Shown here in pieces: positions 55,420-64,000 of a stretch of DNA of 64,000 nt. The notes under the pieces were generated by a model. That model saw only the letters and a program-made list of their open reading frames with translations, searched no databases and had not been told where the DNA came from. Made by a program: the position numbers and the translations under genes. Source of the stretch: Eledone cirrhosa (lineage: Eukaryota); contig OZ024740.1 of the NCBI GenBank assembly GCA_964016885.1, positions 64,542,001 to 64,606,000 on the forward strand. Reading direction: 5' to 3'. How positions within the stretch are numbered: position 1 is the first letter of the stretch; each line of letters opens with the position of its first letter.

Positions 55420-56429
55420 GGGAAGAAGACACACATGGTGGATAGAAGGTCGAGAAATCGCCCCCGTAAGTTTTGATTTTTTAACATATTTAAATCAATT
55501 GTGAAATAACAATTCTTAGTGCAAATGTTGCATAAAACATCCAGCTTGAGTCCCAAAAAATTCGGATCCACAATATATTGTTATATCGCTCAAATATTCA
55601 ATTTTGTATTATACATTTTATATTCAAAAAGAAAATGGTTATAAATGGAAGGAAACCCCCTCTGTCTACACTATATAGAACAGCTAAATAACAGCAATTT
55701 CACCAACATCACAAACTAGATACACCCCCTACCCCATCACCCCTCTGTGTACACTAAACACAACAGCCCGATAACGGCAATTTCACCACCACCACCAGCA
55801 ATTTCAGCATAATAATAATAATTACTATTACTATTGCCTCAAGTTTTAGTTTTAACAAGATGTTTAATTCCAATATTATGGGTAAATGTCAACGCATATA
55901 CGCGACTAACGATAATTTCACTAAAGATAATTTCACCACCAATACCACCACCACTACCACGATGAAAACTCTGGTCAAGTCGACTCAAATTTCTACTCCA
56001 ACTTCAACACCATCACTACAGTAATACGACCACATCACCACCACCGCTTCCTCACTATCGCTACCGCCGCTATTCCCTCCCACTACCTCCTGCTAGTTGC
56101 TGCTAGCACAGCACCACCACCGCCGCCGCTGCCTCAATATCACTACCGCCGCTATTCTCTCCCGCTACCCCCTGCTACATTGTAGAATTCTCACTAAAAG
56201 AGGAAAACATCAAAATATATAAATAGACAGAATTGATGACCCGGTCAAAATAAAAAAAAAAACAACAAAAATCAAAATCAAAGCAGCACAGCAACAACGA
56301 AAAACGTAAAGGAAATAAAAATGAAGAGAAAAACAAACGGACGGACAGAGAAGGGAAGGGAAAAACTAAGTCAGAATTCAAACACTACATTACAATGAAA
56401 CTTATGCTTATTCATTTTTGGGATTTTTT

Positions 56430-59400
56430 CTGCCTGTTTGTTTGTTTGTTTGTTTGGGTTCGTCTACAGCGTGATAATGCCACACAAAAGTCACGTGGAG
56501 TGACGAAACCACAGGAGACAAGTAATTCACCGGTGGTTATGTAACCATACATTCGCCAATACTCGATAAGAGTGTTTAAGTGTCGAACCTAAACAGTTCG
56601 AATAACGGTGAAATGGAGACTAGAATGTCATGTGACAGACTCTCACCCAACAGGTGCTCCCTGGCTCAGCAGCAGGGACCTGGCTGTCAAACAAATACTG
56701 CTGGTGTCGGAGGAAGAAGAAGAAGGAAAGGGACCAGAACCAACTGGACGAAAGAATTGAATAGAACTGTTATGCAATGTTACCTGAAGAGTAACCCCAA
56801 GGAGAAAGGCTATAGGAAAAGGATGCATAACATCTGGAACGAGATTGGTCCATTTAAATTAGATGAACAAAAACTGGCCGGGCAGGCTCGGGTAATAAGA
56901 ACTAATGGGTGGATAAGCGAGCTGGAACGGGAGGAACTGGGCAGAGAGATTAGCTTGGAGATGGAGGATGGAGTATGCCAGGCAAACGAGCCAGTGGGAA
57001 ATGAAGGTAAAGAGGTCGAGAGAACGGAGGAACCACCCGAAACTAACAATGATCTGAATGCTGAGATAAATAATACCTAGAACAGAGATACGGCCACTGA
57101 GGAGATGAATGCTGACGGGCTAGGACAAGATTTGGTAGATATCCTAAACTTAGTGGTAGATGAATTGAACAATGATAGTGGGAAACCTATGAACCTAAGA
57201 TTTGTAGACAGGAAAAAGTTAAAAGAAACAACAGCTAAGGTAAACAAAGTCATCCCATACCTTGAGGCGAGGAGCCTTCACCAGTGCAACAATATCCTCA
57301 AAGCAACAGCAAATACGGTGAGGAAACTACTTGGTATAAAAGCGAGAGGAAACAACAGACAACAAAGAGCAGAGCCTTGGTGGAAGAAACGACTGAGTGG
57401 TCAAATTAGGGAAATGAGAAATGACATTGGAAAGCTTGAGTCCCTACTGAATGGGACACTAAAAAACATAGACACTAAAAATAGACTGGAAATAAAGTAC
57501 AAAACTAGGAGGAAAAAGCTAAATATTATCATAGAGGAACTGAAGCAACGCATTGTAGCAAAAAGTGAAAAAATCAGGCGATACGAGAACAGAGTCGGAC
57601 AGTATAGACAGAACCGCATGTTTGACAACAACCAGAAGATGCTGTTTGGACAGCTTGAAGGGAAAGAAAGAGGCAACGACTTGATCCCTGAGGCGGAACA
57701 AACTAAAACATTCTGGAGAGGAATATGGGAGCAGGATGTTAAACATAATGACCAGGCAGTGTGGATTGAGACAGTACAGAAGGAGATCAGTGAACAGGCA
57801 CGCCAACAAACTGATTTGAGTATCACAGTTGAAACTCTTAAGGGGCAGGCCAAAAAACTAACCAACTGGAAATCACTTGGCCCAGATGGTGTGCAGGGGT
57901 ATTGGATTAAAAACATAACATCCCTCCACCCGAAACTGACAACCATGTTCAATGACTGCTTGATGTCAGGTGAGGTACCAGAGTGGTTGATAAAAGGTAC
58001 CACAGTTCTGATAATGAAAGACCGAATCAAGGGTAATGATATTACCAACTATAGACCTATCACATGTCTGTCCGTAATGTGGAAACTGTTGACAAGCATT
58101 ATGTCTGAGGAAATCTACCATCACCTCCACACAAACAACTTGTTACCGGACGAACAGAAAGGATGCCAAAAGAAGTCACGTGGTACAAAGGACCAGTTAC
58201 TTATTGATAAGATGGTAATGAGGAATTGCAAGAGGAGACACACTGGTCTTGCCATGGGATGGATAGACTACAAAAAGGCATTTGACATGGTGCCTCATTC
58301 TTGGATCACCAAAAGCCTGGAGATCTTCAAGGTGGCAGATAACATCAGGTAGTTGTTGGGCAAAAGTATGAAGTCCTCGGAAACAGAGTTAACATCAACT
58401 GGAGAATCCTTGGGAAGCGTGAAGATCAAGAGAGGTATCTTCCAGGGAGAAAGTCTGTCCCCTCTGTTGTTTGTCCTTGCCCTGATGCTCCTGACCAGTG
58501 TACTGCGAAAGGTGAGAGCAGGATACAGGTTGGGAAAGGGAGGGCTTACCATCATTCACCTCCTCTTCATGGACGATCTTAAGCTCTTCGGGAAGAGTGA
58601 GAAGGAGTTGGATGTGCTTGTTGACACTGTCCGTATTTTCAGCAATGATATATGTATGCAATTTGGTATTAGTAAGTGTGGAGGGGTAAGTTGAGCAGAA
58701 GTAACGGAATCCAGATATCAACAGGTGAGATGATAAAAGAAATTGACTCTGAAGAAGGATACAAGTATTTGGGCGCTCTGGAGGCTGATGACATCAAGAA
58801 CAAAAAAATGAAGGAATTGATAAGAACTGAATACCTTCGGAGAGTAAGGAGCGTATTAAAGTCACATCTGAACAGTAGGAATGCCATAAGTGCAGTAAAT
58901 TCCCGAGCTGTGTCTATTATTAGGTACAGTGCGGGAATTCTGAGATGGAATGTTGCTGAACAAAAAGAAATGGATAGGAAGACTAGGAAGCTATTGACTA
59001 TCTACAATATGTTCCACAAGAGGAGTGATGTCGATAGACTCTACCTAAGGAGATCTGAGGGTGGAAGAGGTCTTATCAGCATAGAGGACTGTGTTCAGAT
59101 GGAGAAAAACAACCTACACAAATACGTGACTGATAGTAAGGAGCCAATGCTCAGAGCTGTACTGAAGGAGAGGACAATAAGCCAGGGGATGTCCAAGGAG
59201 GAAATAACATCAAGGAGAAAGAGCAGCCTTCATGAAAAATCCCTTCATAGTACCTTCTTTGAGAAAACTGAATTTAGAGATCCACCGACATGGAACTGGT
59301 TGAAAAGAGGAGACCTTAAAAAGGCTACAGAGGGAATGTTAATGGCTGCGCAGGAGCAAGCCCTCAAAACGAAGTGGTTGAAACACCACATTTACAAGGA

Positions 59401-60073
59401 GGAGGCTAGCCCACTGTGCAGGATCTGTGGAGAGAGAGAGGAGACTGTGGCTCACATTGTATCCGAGTGTAAACACCTAGCCCAGACTCACTATAAGGGC
59501 TGGAGACATGATGTGATGGGCAGGGTGATCCACTGGCACCTATGCAAAGTAAACAATTTACCACATTCTGAGAAGTGGTATGAGCATAAGCCAGAGGCGG
59601 TGATGGAGAACGATCAGGTGAAGGTGCTGTGGGATTTTAGGATACAGACGGACAAGAAACTGGAACACAATAGACCTGACCTGGTGGTTTTGGACAAAGA
59701 AAAAAAGATCGTGCCTGATTGTGGATGTGGCCTGCCCATTCGACACGAGAGTGCAAGAGAAGGAAAGGGAGAAAATTAACCGATACCAGGACTTAAAGTG
59801 GGAGGTAAAAAGGATTTGGAACTGCCATGAAGTCAAGGTGATCCCGATTGTCATAGGCGCACTAGGGACTATCTCAAAAAGTTTCCAGGGAGGGTTAAAG
59901 AAAATTGGCCCCTTCATGCTTTTTGGAACGCTTCAAAAGGCATGCTTGCTGGGAACAGCAAGAACCCTCCGATACGTCCTGAATATCTGAGGCTGCAGGT
60001 AGTGGCTTGATATTCATCTCAACAAACTTTCCAGTTAACTAACATCAATGACTGAGACTCAAAGAATAATAAC

Positions 60074-60158
<85 letters not shown>
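56430..60158 (+). mobile_element. Near full-length RLE-type non-LTR retrotransposon (R4/Dong-like) ending in (TAA)n
   Basis: One long disrupted ORF at 56580-59990, short 3' UTR, (TAA)n at ~60075-60158. Confidence 0.9.
56580..59990 (+). pseudogene. RT + CCHC zinc finger + restriction-like endonuclease (2 stops, 2 frameshifts)
   Basis: WKSLGPDG, YRPITCL, IDYKKAFD, GIFQGESLSPLLF, LFMDD, YKYLG, CRICG..ET..HI.SEC, RHD, RPD..D..EK..Y; breaks at ~57080, 58352, 58680 and 59715. Confidence 0.92.
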
Positions 60159-60160
<2 letters not shown>

Positions 60161-60727
60161 TTTTCTTTATTAACCACAAGGGTTTACATAAAGTAGACAT
60201 TAAGGACAGTACAGGACAATACAGGACGGTACAAAAGGGCATTTCTGCGTGTAAAAAAAACAGAGGTTGAAATAAAATAACAAAATAAAATTCCCCAATA
60301 GGGAGGAGACTTCCGAGGGACATTTGTGGAGAAAGCCCATTAAAAGACCACAGTGGCCCTGACCACCAGGGAAAGTGCCCTCTCCCAGTTTTCCACCTTT
60401 AATTTACAGACACATACTCAGAGAAGGCCCATTCATTCGGGCCATACTTGCTTCTCTCACCCATGTTTCAACAAAATGCTGGGAAGAGAGCACTTCCCTC
60501 TCTACCCTGATTTTCCTTTTCAAATGAAATTTGAAAAAGTTAATCAGGGCATCACCGAAGAGGTAAGTGCTCGTCTTCAGCCCTTTCAAACGTGTCCACC
60601 ATACTATCTCTTTCGCCATGGCCACCAGACAGATAAAAACTGCCTGCCCTTCCCGGTTAAAGGAAGGGGGCGGGGCAATCCTCACGATGGACTCAGCTGA
60701 TAGCTGGATCCGTCCTACACGTGACAT
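60159..60727 (-). mobile_element. 3' end of an L1/Tx1-like LINE
   Basis: ORF 60404-60727 has AKEIVWWTR..F...W, resembling the L1/Tx1 ORF2 C-terminus; T-rich 3' UTR with taataaa, running into (TTA)n. Confidence 0.6.
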
Positions 60728-60729
60728 AA

Positions 60730-61515
60730 TATGGGACGAGTTAGGTAGAAGTGGTTACACAACAGTTAGTTCACCATACCGAGAACAATTGTTTCTCCTT
60801 AGCGGATCTTCAGCTCGTAAATATATTCCGGTAGATTTGAAAGTAAAGATGGGAAGTGAGGGTACAACGTAAGTGAACAGTTTAATAAAATGGGATGAGA
60901 TGAAACGAAAGGATACAGGTGACAGTGTAATAAAGTGGGATAAGATGAAATAAAAAGATAAAACAAAAAATATAAAACAAAGAGATAATGATAACAGACG
61001 GGTAATTAGGATTATGGGTATTTTGAAAAGTGTAATCTTAATGGGTAGAGGTGAAGATTGATAGTGATGTTGACTATGAAGGGTGATTGATGCTGTATGT
61101 GAGGGAAGGGCTTTGAAGGGATGTGTCTTTAAAGAAGGAATACTTAATCGCCTAGGAAGTGGCGGTTATTCTTGCTTTCAAATGCTTGGTGGTGTCACTT
61201 TTGAAGTGTTAAAGAAAACTTGCGCTCGTACGTGATTAACAGTTAACTGTGGTAAGGAGGTGTTAATGCGGTTCGTTGGCACTAATTTTGCAGAGGCTAT
61301 AAATCCGGGGAGTTGTATTGTTTACATGGATAATGAGGTTGCTGGATCGAATCTTGTTTATCTCGGTTTGTAATTCAAAAATTTACTAGCGGCTTTGTGC
61401 CTACAGAAAATTGTCCGCTCGATTTTGCTGTTTAGTAGCTTCTTGTTATACTGTAGAATATGGAGCAATTCCATATTGCGCAGTCCGCATTTTGACACCC
61501 CGTTCGTATAGGCTT
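60730..61515 (-). mobile_element. PLE 3' end (EN C-terminus, pLTR, HHR)
   Basis: Minus strand 61361-61500 reads CGLRNMELLHILQYNKKLLNSKIERTIFCRHK..*, homologous to the other Naiad-like EN tails. Confidence 0.75.
60777..60819 (-). ncRNA. Minimal hammerhead, canonical core
   Basis: cgag-CTGAAGA-tcc-gctaa-gga-GAAA-caattg-TT-ctcg. Confidence 0.8.
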
Positions 61516-61535
61516 TTGCATGCGATAATAATAAT

Positions 61536-61749
61536 AATACAAGAATGAATGGTTATTCCTTCATTAGGTTTATTGGATGGTGACGCGCGTTTCGCCACTG
61601 ATCAGCTCAAGGTTCAATCTGTATCGATCTGGCTCGACTCTGAAATCAAAAGCCTGTCGGTCTTCTGTAGTAGAATGATCTGATCAGTAACGAAACGCGC
61701 GTCACCAACCAATTATTGTAATGAAGGAGTAACCATTCGTCCTTGTATT
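61536..61749. repeat. Imperfect ~70-bp inverted repeat; both arms carry a hammerhead 3' half
   Basis: ggtgacgcgcgtttcg..ctgatcag / ctgatcag..cGAAAcgcgcgTCacc. Confidence 0.75.
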
Positions 61750-62014
61750 CTATTACACTCTGTCTAGCTCAACATCTCGACACTGACGTGAACCTAAACA
61801 TCGAGTTCTCACCCGAGCGAACCAACATATATATATATATATATGGGAATATGTATATGTATTTGTGAGAAAGAGAAAGAGACAGAGAGAGACAGACAGA
61901 ATGGTGGTGGTGGTGGCGGTGGTGGTGGTACTAGAGGCAACGTGGAAAAATGTTTTTAATCTCAGGCTATAAAAAGTCTTACAGGAATATGCATGTATAT
62001 ACACATGCGCGCCC

Positions 62015-62077
<63 letters not shown>

Positions 62078-64000
62078 TGCACACAAAACTTACTATCTCA
62101 CTGTCAGACATTCTAAAACAAATATGCAACATATTTATTATAATAAATAGAAGAGCTTTAACTATAATCAAATCGACTGCTAAAAGTGATTCGACAGAAT
62201 ATTTGTTTGCTCCCAGTATGTGCTTATTTAACTCATATTGTTGATTTATATGACTGTCGGAGCTTTATGAAAACAACAATGAAGTTTGTCTGTCAACTAC
62301 TACAACCAGTAAAGCACAATGTTTAGTTTTGTCAAATATTTCAAAAATGCTAAGGAAACAATTTGATGCTTCTGGGAGTCAATACATCACTTATAAGCTG
62401 CAAATATATTTCGTTATTAATTGAAAACTTTAATATTCTCTCTTACACTATTCGGAAGAGAACACTTCATTCGTCTCCGGGTTTGGCATCAATTATATAT
62501 GATATTAGACACAAAAAAATCTAAAAAAAAAATCATGTTAAATTAAAAATAATTTATAAATAATTAAAATATACACAGACATGTATATAATGTGAAATGA
62601 CACTGGAAGGCCCATATATATACGTGTGTGTATATATAAATGTGTGTGTATGTACACCACCAGCTCTCTCTCTCTCTCTTCCATTCTCCTTCTCTGTCTC
62701 CTCACTCTCACTCAATGTCTCTCTTTCAATCTACTCTCTTACAAACCCTATCTCTTTCTTTCTATCTTTATCTCTCTCCGTTTATGAAGGTACCCGGAAA
62801 AACTCCATATCTCAGGATCCCCTGCTCCGATTTACGCGAAACTTGTTTTATTCCATTTGTATTCCCATTTCAGGGTCAACATCCTTTCAAAGTATCTTTC
62901 CATTATGCACCGTTTTGGCTGTATTACATTACAGACGAGCAAGCAAGAAATCACAGAGTTTTAGTAGTATATAGATACCAGCAAAGGATTTTGAAGGGTT
63001 AAGCATTCTGATCAACTAGGCATGTACGAAACAATAATGAGTCTGTAGAATTGCCGTTGTGGAGCAATATGGTTGGAATTTGTGTTATTTAGATATAAAT
63101 ACTGCCAACGCTGATATTACATGTCAGGAACAAATGTCAGAATGTGAACATTGTGTAGAAAGCAAATCTAATTTCAATAAAGAGGGATAGCAAAATTTAT
63201 GAAATAAAATGTCTGCTATATATGCAACTATGTACAAGATATTTAATTTACTGCTTCCCATCTGTACTTCGTATCTTCTGAATCTAACCTTTAGTGTTCT
63301 TTATCATGTTGTCACTAAACAGAGAAATCGTTAAAAAAACCACTGAAATCTTCGATCCTTCTTTATGAGTATCGAACCAAATGTTGACAAGTTAGTTGCT
63401 CAGCATCAAGCGCAAATGACTCACTACAATAAATATAAATTCAACTTATCTCCTTGATTTATGGAGTGCATAGTGGGTAATTACAATTAATTTTATTGTT
63501 TTAAGTTTGGTATGTAACATGATTCATTCATATAAATGGGTGGTTTGTACATTTTACCTTCATGAATGTTACGAAGGGGTTGCTAATATTAAAACACTGG
63601 CGAACACGAGTGTACACATACATATAGCTCTACATATTCACACTTTCAGACCTTCCTACATACTGAAATATACCCTAATATGCATATATATCTATGTGAA
63701 CATACGTATTTAATATTAGTACAAACATACATATTAGTACAAACATACATATATTTGTCAAATTATAAGGTTTATGCTTTGCACTCAGGAATAGCAGTCC
63801 CGATGGAAAAAAGATTAAAAGAAACGTAAATATTCAGGATATTATACTTAATTCAAAGGCCATTTAAACTTCAGAGTAGAAAATGGCAATAGAGAAATCT
63901 ATGATTAATAGAATTAAAATATTTTAAGAAAATAACTTAGGTTATGAAGAAACGAAATCGTTGAGATTTGTTGTCCTAAACCCTTTGACTTGCCTATTAA

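Noticed and set aside
57401-58048. 215-aa antisense ORF in the R4/Dong element
   Set aside because: Shadow frame of the RT ORF; no independent motifs.

Overview
AT-rich, microsatellite-rich eukaryotic intergenic or intronic DNA. The repeat content (tRNA-derived SINEs, RTE, R4/Dong and L1/Tx1-like LINEs, long (TA)n/(CA)n tracts) suggests a mollusc, probably an octopod cephalopod; this is inference. I can support no intact host gene. The window is dominated by Penelope-like retroelements (PLEs) of at least three types (Neptune-like, Poseidon/Penelope-like, Naiad-like). Most are hairpins with an inverted pseudo-LTR and abut (TA)n tracts. Reading both strands by eye gave about 25 type-I hammerhead ribozyme (HHR) motifs, some decayed. 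Most have palindromic stem III, and several show C3-G8 to U3-A8 core covariation or very long stem-II inserts. Two ORF-less HHR units (~595 nt at 4030-5361, ~525 nt at 22874-23758) are tandem or circularly permuted, as expected for non-autonomous retrozyme or circular-RNA elements. Several inversion junctions carry reiterated short repeats. Two low-confidence decayed host-gene relics (Cys-loop receptor-like, cadherin-like) are also noted. Element boundaries were read by eye and may be off by tens of bases.
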